32,000 bases of DNA. It comes from Ardenticatenaceae bacterium. Lineage in GTDB: Bacteria; Chloroflexota; Anaerolineae; Promineifilales; Promineifilaceae. Both the position numbers and the translations under genes were made by a program. This document shows positions 1 to 8,667 of this stretch, one piece after another. The notes beneath the pieces were generated by a model. It was given only the letters and a program-made list of their open reading frames with translations. It was not told the origin of the DNA and searched no databases. Positions within the stretch are counted from its first letter, which is position 1. The number at the start of each line of letters is the position of its first letter. The stretch covers positions 346,100 to 378,099 of the forward strand of contig JACKCC010000009.1 of the NCBI GenBank assembly GCA_020634245.1, read 5' to 3'.

Positions 1-3000
1 TTCACCACTTTGGGAATCAGGTCGCTGTCCGGCTTGAGGCGGATGAGGGCATCGAGGATGAGGCCGTCGGTGCGGCGATTGGAGTGCAGCATCAGGTAGG
101 CTTCGTCGCCGTAAGAAGTGGTGAAGTTGGCGGCAGCGGCCGTTTCCACGGCCCGGTTTTGCAGATGGCGGTAGATGTCGGCCGATTCAGCCGTATCGGA
201 CAGAACCGGCCACAACCAGGCCAACCCTTCCAACGGCCAATCGTCGATGGCGATTTCATTGTAGAGCTTTTGCGCTTTGACCGGATCGGTGTCGCCCATC
301 AACTGGCGCACGTACAGGGCGTAGGCGCTCAGGCTGCGGCGGATTTCCGGGCCGTAGTACGATGGGTAGTAGGATTCGATGTTGCGCAAATATTCCAGCG
401 ACTGCTGCATCATCGATTCGGGCACGTCGAACCCTTTGGTGCGGGCCATCATCAGGGCGTGGGCGACGTAGATGCTGTGGTAGGGGATAGATTCGTCGCC
501 ACGTTTCCAGACCGGGAAGCCGCCGTCGTAGTTTTGCATCCCTTGCAGCTTTTCGATGCCGCTGGCGACGCTGACTTCCATGGCCGCCGGGCTGGGCAGG
601 CCTTCAGCTTCAAAGGCGGTCAGCACGTCGCGCAGGGCGGCAATAGCCATAATACGCGAGGCGGTTTGCTCGGAACATTCAAAGCGGTAGGTGGTCAGGT
701 ACAGGACGGCGTCGGTTAATGCTTGCAGGGCGGTGGAGGAGGTGTTGATTTCCAGCCCGCCAAACTGGGTGAAAACGTTGTCGGGCACAGCCACCGGCTG
801 GGCGATGGCCCCCTCGTCAATGACGCCGTAGGTGGCGAAGGCTTCGGTCGTGGCCGGGGTGTAGACGGGTAATTCGATTGTGGCGGCGTCGGCGTAGTTG
901 CCGGAAACGGCCGCTACCTGAATCCGCGCCGTGCCCGGGTCAAAAGTCGTCGTCGGGAAGCGCACTTCCACCCGGTCGTTGGCCGGGACGGTGACGCTTT
1001 GACCGGCGGCGTCAAGCAGTTCCAGGTTGGAAACCTGGGCGACGACTTGGACTTCCAGCGGATCGTCAGTCTGGTTTTGGACGACGATGGGTAGTTCAAA
1101 TCGGTCGCCGAAGTTGAGGAAGCGCGGGGCTGACGGCCGTACCATCAACGGCAGTCGGGCAGTCAGATTAGATTCGGCCGTGCCAAACTGCTTACCACCG
1201 GCGACGGCCACGACCATGATGCGGTAGCGGGTCAGATTATCGGGCAGTTGGACTTCGACCTGGGCACGGCCGTCACTATCTGTGTGGACCGTTGGCGCAA
1301 AGGTGGCCAACGGATCAAAGTTGCTGCGCACCTGGATCGGTTGTTCGGCAGCATTGCCATTGGCCAGACCAAAAGCAGCTTCCTCTGCCGCCGGTTCTGC
1401 CATCGGCGCGGCCGATGGCATGGCCATCATGACTTCGCCTTCCATTACCGTGTCCGCGGTGGCTACAGCTTGACGGGCTACGGCACTTTTAACCTGGTCG
1501 CTCAAGGCTTGCGGGTTGGCCAGGACGATATTGGCCCGGCTGTAGTAGCTGTTGAGCCAGGCGGGGCGGTTGCTGTAAAAAACGCCCAGCGGATCGGCCA
1601 GTTGGTAATTGGAGAGGGCCAGAATTGCTTCATCAACAACCACAACGGCCAATTCAGCATCGGTGACGGGACGGCCGTTCGCATCCTGCACCGTCACGTC
1701 AACCACCGTCTGACCGCCCGGTTCCAGTTTGCTGTCCTGGGGTACGGCCGTAACCGAAAGCGTCCGGCTGTGCGGCGGGATGTTGAGATTGAGCGTGCCG
1801 GTGGCGTAGGCGGGACGCGGTGGAATGCCTTCAATCGGCTCGCCATCGTCGCCGGTGCGGGGTGATTCGCCCACCAAATTGACCTGGACGTTCAGGTTGG
1901 GGATGTGCGCATCTTCGATGGGAATACGCAGCGTGTAGGAGCTTTCCGCCATCTGGAAGCGCTCGGTGTACAAAATCCCATTGCGGGCGACGGTCAGCAG
2001 CCCTTCGGCCGGGCTAAAGGGAGCCAAAACGAGGATTTCGGCCGTGTCGCCGGGCTGGTAGCTCTCTTCGCTGGGGATGAGCGTGACGCTTTCCTGTTCG
2101 ACGTTGCGGGCCGGGGGACGTTGGCCGCCGCTGACCCAGCGAGTGAACTGGCTTTGGTTTTGCCGCCCCTGATCGTCGGTGATAACGGCCGTTATCAAAT
2201 AAGAGCCGCCCTTGTCCGTGTTAAAAGTGCAAACCACAGGCTCGTTGGCCGAAGTCACGCTGCACTCCTGCACGTCCACCGATTCCTCGCCCCACGACCC
2301 TTGACGATATTTCCATTCCTGCCGCGCGGCTGTTATTTTGATAGTCGTGCCCGCGACGGCATTGCCATCCAAATCGGTGACGATGGCTTCGATGTCCAGT
2401 GGTTTGCCCCGCTCGACGAAGGTGCGCTGGCTGCGAATGCCGACGTACAAATCGGACGGATGAACGAGCAGCGTCGTGCCCGCCGTCCACGCCTGCCGGT
2501 TGACGTCCATCACCGTTGCTTCGGCCAGGACACTGAACGGCCGTGGCGCGGTAATCTCGTCAAAATCGAGGCGCAGGAAATGCTCGCCATTGGCATCAGT
2601 CGTGCCGCTGAACGTCTGGTAGATGGTTTCGTCGCCATAACTGGGACCGCCGAAGTAGTCTGCCTCCATCGCATAGCCGTAATCAAACCACCACCAGGGC
2701 GACCAGGTGCCAAAGGTGAAGCCGGACCAGTTGGGCGGAGAGTAGCTGCTGGGCGACGAGGTCACGTTCCAGGTCACTTCAGCGTTGGGCAGCGGGCCGC
2801 CGGCGTAGTAGTTGGCAGATGTGGCCACAACCGCATGATCGCTGACGAAGTAGGGGCCGGTCGTTTCGTTGCGGGCCGTCACTTCAAATTCGGGGCGGCG
2901 GAATTCCTGAATTTGGAAGTTGTGGTAATAGTCACGGCCGTTCATGCCGCTGCCTTGAACAAACAATTGTAGGGTGGCGTAACCCAGATTGGTGTTGTCG

Positions 3001-5366
3001 GGCAGGGTGAAAGCCAGATCGAAACCGCCCAGGGCATTGAGCTGGGCCTGCCCGGTGAGCAGTTCGTTGCCCTGCGGCCCCATGACGGTGTAGGCAAGGC
3101 TCGTTCCCGAACCGGCAAACAAACTAACGTCACCGCCTTGCTTGTTGCCAATCTGCCGAATCCAACCCTTGACATGGACTTCTTCGCCGGGGCGGTACAT
3201 CTGGCGGTCGTCGAAGACGTACCAGCGCAGTTCATCGCTGGGCGGATTGGCGCTCCAGCCGTAATCGTCCCAGTAGTAGGGGCTGTTGGGCAGCATGGCC
3301 ACGTCGTCCCCTTGCCGGGCCACCAGATAGGTCGCGCCGCTGGACGGCAAATCAAGGCTGGTTGTGCCGTCGCTGCCGGTGGTGGCCTGGCCGCCGTTGG
3401 GTTCTAGTTGCACGGTCACGCCGGACAGAGGTGTACCATCTTGCAGCGCATTGGCCCAGACGACCATCTGGCTGTGATCGGTAAAGGCATCCAGGCCGAT
3501 TTGGGTGACCTGCACCCAGGCCTGCACCGGATACGGCCGATTCTGTTTGCTGCTCAGTAAGGAAGCCGGTGGTTCAACGATGACGATGAGGTGGCCGAAT
3601 TGGCCGTCGAGGGCTTGGGTCAGGTCAACGGCCGTTTCCGTCAACACATCATCCTGAGCATCCACGGTAATCGTCTCATCCAGCACCTTTTCGCCGGGCG
3701 GCGAGGGCCGGTTTTCTTGCCAATAATTGTCCAGATAATCGCGGTAAGCCCGCCAATCGGACGGCTCTACCCGGTAGGCGCGGACGTGAAGCTTGCTGTA
3801 GTTAATCGAATAGACGGTGAAAACGGGCTTGCTGGCCGATGGATCCAGGGTGATAAACTGGCTGTCGGGGCCGGAGAGGAATTCCGGCGCAGACCCGACC
3901 TTGAAGGTCAGCAGTTCTTCCTGGCCCAACGTCTGGCCGAACACATCCTGGATATCGCCGCTGACGCGGACGCGGTAGGTGGTGCGGCCTGCGGTCAGCC
4001 CTTGAATCTGGATGGTGCTGCCCATGATGTTGACGCTGGCTCCGGCCAGTTCAGGCGTGATTTGCAGCATCCCTTCCTGGAAAGCGGCGGGGTCGATGGG
4101 GTTGCTAAAGTTGATGATGAAGGGCGTCAATGGCGGACAGTCGCCTTGATTGTACCAGCCGCAGCTGTAATCGGTGATGCGCAGCGGCGGGTAGGTTTGG
4201 AAGCTGAATGACTGTACGGTTTCTGTCAGGCGCGGCCCTTCAGCGGAAGGTGTGCCGGGGCCGATAGTGACGTTGATACTGGCATCGGTGGGCAGTTCTT
4301 GTTGGGCACGGAAGACAAGGTAACGGCCGTCTCCTGCATTCTTTACCAACCGGCTGACTGTCTCGTCTTCGGTGATGTCGGAGTCACTGGCCAACTGCAC
4401 GGTGACGGTTTTGTTATCGGCCGTGACCTGAATCGTGTTCAAAACGGCCTGCGGGTCAATCAACTGGTCAAAGGAGACAAAAAAGAGCGGGTCTAACGCT
4501 ACCGAACCGCCGGAGGGGTAATAGTTTTGCATCTGCACCGGCGGCGTGCTGAACGTCCAGGAGACGGTTTGGGCCAGCGTGCCGCCCGTCGCCGATTGGG
4601 TTCCGGCCGGGATTTCGACAGTGAAGTTGGTGGCCATGGGCAGGCGGTCAACGGCCGTTGAATCATATTCAAAGCTCAACGTCTTCGTGCCTAACCAGAC
4701 CCATGTTCCGGGCAAATCGGGGGTGATATTGACGGGCACGTCGGCGGCGGTCAGCGCCTCCTGCGTCATCAGCGCCACCATCGGCTGGTTGAAGGTCACG
4801 TTGAGGAAAGGGGCCAGCGGGATTTCGCCTTCCGGCGAGTAGCGCAGCACTTCCAGCGGGCCGGAGGGCACTGCTTCGGGGACCACTTCCGGTGCAGGCG
4901 GCGGGAAGGATTCATCAATGATTGCGCCGGGGCGCGGTGGCGGAATCAGTTCGTCGGGCAAGTTGAAATCGACTTGATCGCCTTCTTCCGCTTCCAATGG
5001 CGGCAGACGGTCGAGGATTTGCTGGATTTGCTCGGCGCTCAATGGGTCGCCGGTGACGATGGAGATGGCCGGACCGGTTTGCTGCACTTCCTGCCCCTGG
5101 CTGAGGCGGAAGAGGAGCTGAGCACGGCTGCCACTAGTGCTGCTCCCACTGCTGCCTACAAAACCAGCATCAGTCACGACGACCCCTTGCTGACCGGAAT
5201 CGGTATTGACGACCGGGATGTCGATCATCACGCCCGGCTGGTTTAACCTGTAGCGGGTGACGGCGGTGTTGATACCGTAGCCAGCCCCGCCCAGAACGAC
5301 GATACCCAGCAGCGCCAACAACCAGTTGCGCGGCCGGGAAAGGATTTGCTGCCATTTTGGTTTCAT
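1..5366 (-). CDS. alpha-2-macroglobulin family protein (thioester-containing bacterial A2M); C-terminus lies beyond the left window edge
   Basis: Uninterrupted minus-strand frame from ATG 5366 down to position 3 (1788 codons). An in-frame TGA lies 5 codons upstream and AAGGGG about 8 nt upstream. It is absent from the ORF track because no stop lies in the window. N-terminal TM helix NWLLALLGIVVLGGAGYGI. A2M-type motifs LPDNLTRYRIMVVAVAGGKQFG and PRFLNFGD. Thioester motif C-S-E-Q is encoded at 666-677. The + strand ORFs at 84-5246 are antisense shadows of this gene. Confidence 0.85.
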   Translation of the reverse strand, partial: MKPKWQQILSRPRNWLLALLGIVVLGGAGYGINTAVTRYRLNQPGVMIDIPVVNTDSGQQGVVVTDAGFVGSSGSSTSGSRAQLLFRLSQGQEVQQTGPAISIVTGDPLSAEQIQQILDRLPPLEAEEGDQVDFNLPDELIPPPRPGAIIDESFPPPAPEVVPEAVPSGPLEVLRYSPEGEIPLAPFLNVTFNQPMVALMTQEALTAADVPVNITPDLPGTWVWLGTKTLSFEYDSTAVDRLPMATNFTVEIPAGTQSATGGTLAQTVSWTFSTPPVQMQNYYPSGGSVALDPLFFVSFDQLIDPQAVLNTIQVTADNKTVTVQLASDSDITEDETVSRLVKNAGDGRYLVFRAQQELPTDASINVTIGPGTPSAEGPRLTETVQSFSFQTYPPLRITDYSCGWYNQGDCPPLTPFIINFSNPIDPAAFQEGMLQITPELAGASVNIMGSTIQIQGLTAGRTTYRVRVSGDIQDVFGQTLGQEELLTFKVGSAPEFLSGPDSQFITLDPSASKPVFTVYSINYSKLHVRAYRVEPSDWRAYRDYLDNYWQENRPSPPGEKVLDETITVDAQDDVLTETAVDLTQALDGQFGHLIVIVEPPASLLSSKQNRPYPVQAWVQVTQIGLDAFTDHSQMVVWANALQDGTPLSGVTVQLEPNGGQATTGSDGTTSLDLPSSGATYLVARQGDDVAMLPNSPYYWDDYGWSANPPSDELRWYVFDDRQMYRPGEEVHVKGWIRQIGNKQGGDVSLFAGSGTSLAYTVMGPQGNELLTGQAQLNALGGFDLAFTLPDNTNLGYATLQLFVQGSGMNGRDYYHNFQIQEFRRPEFEVTARNETTGPYFVSDHAVVATSANYYAGGPLPNAEVTWNVTSSPSSYSPPNWSGFTFGTWSPWWWFDYGYAMEADYFGGPSYGDETIYQTFSGTTDANGEHFLRLDFDEITAPRPFSVLAEATVMDVNRQAWTAGTTLLVHPSDLYVGIRSQRTFVERGKPLDIEAIVTDLDGNAVAGTTIKITAARQEWKYRQGSWGEESVDVQECSVTSANEPVVCTFNTDKGGSYLITAVITDDQGRQNQSQFTRWVSGGQRPPARNVEQESVTLIPSEESYQPGDTAEILVLAPFSPAEGLLTVARNGILYTERFQMAESSYTLRIPIEDAHIPNLNVQVNLVGESPRTGDDGEPIEGIPPRPAYATGTLNLNIPPHSRTLSVTAVPQDSKLEPGGQTVVDVTVQDANGRPVTDAELAVVVVDEAILALSNYQLADPLGVFYSNRPAWLNSYYSRANIVLANPQALSDQVKSAVARQAVATADTVMEGEVMMAMPSAAPMAEPAAEEAAFGLANGNAAEQPIQVRSNFDPLATFAPTVHTDSDGRAQVEVQLPDNLTRYRIMVVAVAGGKQFGTAESNLTARLPLMVRPSAPRFLNFGDRFELPIVVQNQTDDPLEVQVVAQVSNLELLDAAGQSVTVPANDRVEVRFPTTTFDPGTARIQVAAVSGNYADAATIELPVYTPATTEAFATYGVIDEGAIAQPVAVPDNVFTQFGGLEINTSSTALQALTDAVLYLTTYRFECSEQTASRIMAIAALRDVLTAFEAEGLPSPAAMEVSVASGIEKLQGMQNYDGGFPVWKRGDESIPYHSIYVAHALMMARTKGFDVPESMMQQSLEYLRNIESYYPSYYGPEIRRSLSAYALYVRQLMGDTDPVKAQKLYNEIAIDDWPLEGLAWLWPVLSDTAESADIYRHLQNRAVETAAAANFTTSYGDEAYLMLHSNRRTDGLILDALIRLKPDSDLIPKVV

Positions 5367-5544
5367 TTGAATACCCCTTGTTCATTGCGTAAAACGTGAA
5401 ACGTGATGCGGGATGCATCATACGTCATGCGTCATGCGTCGGCTTTGGCGCATGACAGTTCACCTTATAGACGGTAAAGGGATGCTTCTGGTTCCCGTCA
5501 AATTAGATTATAAGGCATTTGGCAGGATTTCAGATCGGATAATT

Positions 5545-5609
5545 GGGATTACCAACAGTTCACGGTTTTTGATCCGGTTATTTTTTATTTGGGGAGTGTA
5601 CGGCCGTTA
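5545..5609. repeat. Copy A of a shared ~70-bp upstream element (partner at 10530-10604)
   Basis: GGGATTAcCAACAGTTcAC..GGTTTTtGATCCGGTTaTT..TTT.AT.GGGG.GTGTACGGCCGTT aligns with 10530-10604 apart from a 10-nt insertion and a few mismatches. It lies about 180-240 nt upstream of the A2M start on the gene's 5' side. Confidence 0.6.
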
Positions 5610-6670
5610 CGCATTATAACAAAGTCTGGAAACCAACCGCAGCCGGGGGAAAAGGGGCACGGCCTAAGACCGGTCATAGCCAGGCGGGCCGTTTTTGTCG
5701 CTGTGACTGTATGTGTAATCAAGGCAACCCGAGTCGGTTCAGGCATAGGCGTTGCCGTTCCGCAAGCCGCTTACCATAGCAAAATCAGGAGCAAGAAAAA
5801 AACGCTATTTGTTTTCATGCTGTCGTTATAATAACAGTTGTATTACGCTAAGGCTATGAAATTATTGGCCGTTGATTTCTTGCCACCCAAGCGCCCCGCC
5901 CACAGTATTTGTTGCAATCTCAATGACTGTATTATCATGTATGCTAATCAGAATAAGACTGTTGACAACAACATCATCATAGAGAGGGTGGTTTGTCAAT
6001 GCAAGCCAATTTCCATCAGGTGAAAGTGATAGCCAAGACCACGAATCGGTTACATCGGTTAAAGAATAGATTAACCGTTTTTCAAAAGTGCTTGTATCAA
6101 TCTCATATACAGAACCTGTGTCTTGCATTTGTTCCACATAATAAATGTACTCACTATTATCTCCCCAAATTGGGCTATATAGCATACCAATAGGCAATTC
6201 AACTAATTGAGTAATCACAGTCCCGTCAGAATTGATGAGCATTAATCTCGCTTCTGGTTCTCTATCATCTTCTTGAATAAATAGAAGTTGCATATTATCT
6301 GGAGATCGGGACAGGTAAGAAGCTCCTGGGAATCCATTTAGTGGCAAACGAAGTTCTTCATGATAAACTCTTTTTTCTTCTAACCCGTTTTGCCCTATTT
6401 CAACTGTGTAAACTCCATCATCATCTCCGCCACATACAAGATAACCAGAATAACGAATTGCCATACTGAATGATGAACCAGTAGGAGACCAACTAATGGA
6501 AGCACAACCTGATAGCGGGAGAAGTTGCGTTGTTGATGTTGAGCCAAGATCCATCCATCCACCCTCCCACTTTACAACCCAAATTGCCAACCATTCTTGA
6601 TCGTTTGACCAACTAACAGGAACATACACAGTAATATCTGGATCATCTTGAGAAAGCCCTTCTAGCTCAT

Positions 6671-6678
6671 TTTCCCAG
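6671..6678. repeat. Target-site duplication TTTCCCAG (left copy)
   Basis: Identical 8-mer directly abutting both ends of the IS (6671-6678 and 7653-7660). Confidence 0.85.
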
Positions 6679-7652
6679 GGCTCATGTTTAGTACAAGTGA
6701 TCGGGTAAAATAGCCAATATGGACTTTCCAATTGTTGACCTAATGGACCGCGCTTCCTGCGAGGCATGGATAGAAACATATTTTCATCCTGATGGCCTGA
6801 AATGTCCCCATTGCGGGGCGTCATTGGAGCAAGGTCGCTGGTTTCGCCGTACCCAAAAGAGCGACCTCGATGTGTACCGTTGTCAGGAATGCAAAGGCAT
6901 CTACAACTTGTACAGCAATACGGTCTTTGAAGGCCGTTATTTTCGCCCAGAGCAAACGGTCTTGTTTATCCGAGGCGTTTGTCAGGGGAAACCGACGGCA
7001 CAGTTGGCCCGGGAATTGCGTATCAGCCGCACAACAGCGACGGAAGTACGACATCAGTTGCAAGCCAACGCCGAAATAGAACAACCAGAAACCCCACTGG
7101 AAGATGAAGAAGTAGAAACCGACGAGATGTTCCAAAATGCGGGGGAAAAAAGGTGAATGGCATGGTGACCCAGATGACCCGCCCCGTCGTCGCGCCAACA
7201 AACGGCGCGGCCGAGGCACATACACCAATGACCGGCCGCCGGTTTGTGCAGTCATTGGTCGCCAATCACGGCAAGTGCGTATCCGCGTGGTGCCCAACAC
7301 CCAAGGGGTCACATTGTGTCCTTTTGTCGAGAAGTTTACCAAAGCTGATGCTACCTTATACACAGACGAGTATGACAGTTACAATCGGCTCAAACGTATC
7401 CGTTACACCGTCTGTCATAGTCAAAACGAATGGGCGCGAGATGATGATGGTGATGGAATCCGTGAGGTTCATGTGAATTCTAATGAGGGCGGTTGGACAG
7501 GATTACGCAATTTCTTGCGGCCTTTTCGCGGGGTCCACAAAAAGCACCTGCCCGGCTACGTTGCCATTCATGAATTTGCCGTCAATCAGAAATGTGTATC
7601 TCCCAAATTCATCGCTTCTATCGTTCGTTTGCACTAGTTCTAAACATGAGCC
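6679..7652 (+). mobile_element. IS1595-family (ISXO2-like) insertion sequence, 974 bp
   Basis: Terminal inverted repeats GGCTCATGTTTAG (6679-6691) and CTAAACATGAGCC (7640-7652) are 13/13 perfect, with imperfect extension. Flanked by an 8-bp direct repeat. Encodes a zinc-ribbon plus DDE transposase. About 1 kb size and 8-bp duplication fit the family. Confidence 0.85.
6719..7637 (+). pseudogene. IS1595-family transposase, split into two frames (6719..7156 and 7137..7637) by one extra A in an A6 run
   Basis: N-terminal zinc ribbon CPHCG...CQEC, then VETDEMFQNAGEK, then PPRRRANKRRGRGTYTNDRPPV...LYTDEYDSY. Deleting one A from 7146-7151 gives a continuous ...QNAGEKGEWHGDPDDPPRRRANK... Confidence 0.8.
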
Positions 7653-7660
7653 TTTCCCAG
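7653..7660. repeat. Target-site duplication TTTCCCAG (right copy)
   Basis: Identical to 6671-6678. Confidence 0.85.
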
Positions 7661-8089
7661 AGCAATGAATGCGCGTTATTAGACAAATCAGCAATGTGTA
7701 AACCCATCTCACTCATATAGGCCAAATACTGGCTATCAGGACTGAATACAAAATTCTCAACTGCAATTATCTTGCTTTCTTCTGTCAATAGGATACTTTC
7801 ACCTTGAGGAAACCGACTATACTTCAACCCTTCCTCATCATAATAAGCAATCCACTGACTATTTGGACTTATTTTAGCTTCTGCTACGGAACCAGTACTT
7901 GACAGTAGTATTTTTTTCGATGCCCAAGTCTGAAAATCGTATTGATAAATTTCACCATTATCCTGATACCAGAATATCAATGGCGGTCCTGGTGTCGGAC
8001 TGGGAGTTGCCGTTGGTGTAGGTGTTTGGGTTTCCGTTGGCGTGACGATTGGGGTAGGCGTACTTGTTGGAATTGGCGTGTTGGTAGGG

Positions 8090-8366
8090 GGAACGGCCGT
8101 TTCCGTCACCGCAACTGTATTCATAACCATTACAACTGGCGTTGGGTCATGCGTTGGTGTTACATTCGCACAAGCCGCTAACCACAACATAATTGGGAAC
8201 AAGAGAAGATACGCATTTCTAATCATGCGGAAATTGTAACCGTTCTTTGTGCGGCTGCCTTAATTTTCACACTACGTATTAGCAACGGATGGGCGATTTT
8301 TTTCTCTTGTTGGAAATTAGGTAACGGCCGTTGCCAGTTCAATTTTATGGGAATTGTAGCGTGTTT
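8090..8366. repeat. 277-bp direct repeat, copy 1 (promoter/leader plus first 46 codons of the lipoprotein gene)
   Basis: Aligns with 9785-10061 with 4 substitutions and 2 compensating 1-nt indels. Covers codons 1-46 (MIRNAYLLLFPIMLWLAACANVTPTHDPTPVVMVMNTVAVTETAVP) and 140 nt upstream of the ATG at 8226. Confidence 0.9.
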
Positions 8367-8396
8367 GTGGGAGAACGGCTGTTTTCTCTACAATCG

Positions 8397-8648
8397 CTAC
8401 AAATCGCCTTTGTATGTTGACGACCAGCCAAATAAAGCCTTCCATTTTTGGGATGGATTGAACTTGAATACAGTCCCGCTACGCCGCACACTGATATAGA
8501 ACGTACCAAAGTTGACCAGCGTCACTTTTTCTTCTCTTTTCATGGCTTGATAGATTTCTTCAAGACCTGCTTCAAGAATTGGAGCGACTAATTCTTCTGG
8601 TTCCTCTAAACGTTGAGCTACCACTTTAATCCACTCTTTTTTATCCAT
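8397..8648 (-). CDS. HU/IHF-fold-like small protein lacking the DNA-binding beta-arm
   Basis: 83 aa with the HU-like core ...KVTLVNFGTFYISVRR....FKFNPSQ... The usual R-x-G-R-N-P arm segment is missing. Starts 19 nt downstream of the 8668..9921 gene on the same strand. Confidence 0.45.
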   Translation of the reverse strand: MDKKEWIKVVAQRLEEPEELVAPILEAGLEEIYQAMKREEKVTLVNFGTFYISVRRSGTVFKFNPSQKWKALFGWSSTYKGDL

Positions 8649-8667
8649 AGGCCGTTACTTCACATCT

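Larger units (their letters stand above)
5862..8226 (-). pseudogene. Beta-propeller (TolB/WD40-like) lipoprotein gene disrupted by an IS insertion
   Basis: The N-terminal fragment (8226..7653) carries a signal peptide with lipobox LWLAAC and a PT-rich linker. The C-terminal fragment (6670..5862) carries SPDG/SPDN propeller-type repeats. Removing 6679-7652 plus one copy of TTTCCCAG restores one frame reading ...NNAHSLLWENELEGLSQDDPD..., 1383 nt or 460 codons plus stop. Confidence 0.85.

Noticed and set aside
84-5246. Series of + strand ORFs from the track (84..719, 1248..1865, 1905..2972, 3591..4211, 4546..4842, 4974..5246)
   Set aside because: They lie antisense to one continuous 1788-codon minus-strand frame with clear A2M motifs. 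Their translations are Gly/Arg/Ala/Val-rich with no recognisable motifs, as expected for shadow ORFs in GC-rich coding DNA.
5170-5421. 83-aa minus-strand ORF overlapping the A2M start
   Set aside because: It is out of frame with the A2M ATG at 5366 and overlaps it. It has no ribosome-binding site and a low-complexity Arg-rich tail, so it is a frame artefact.
6821-7363. 180-aa minus-strand ORF and other small ORFs inside the IS1595 element
   Set aside because: It is antisense to the transposase, whose zinc-ribbon and DDE motifs identify the real coding strand.
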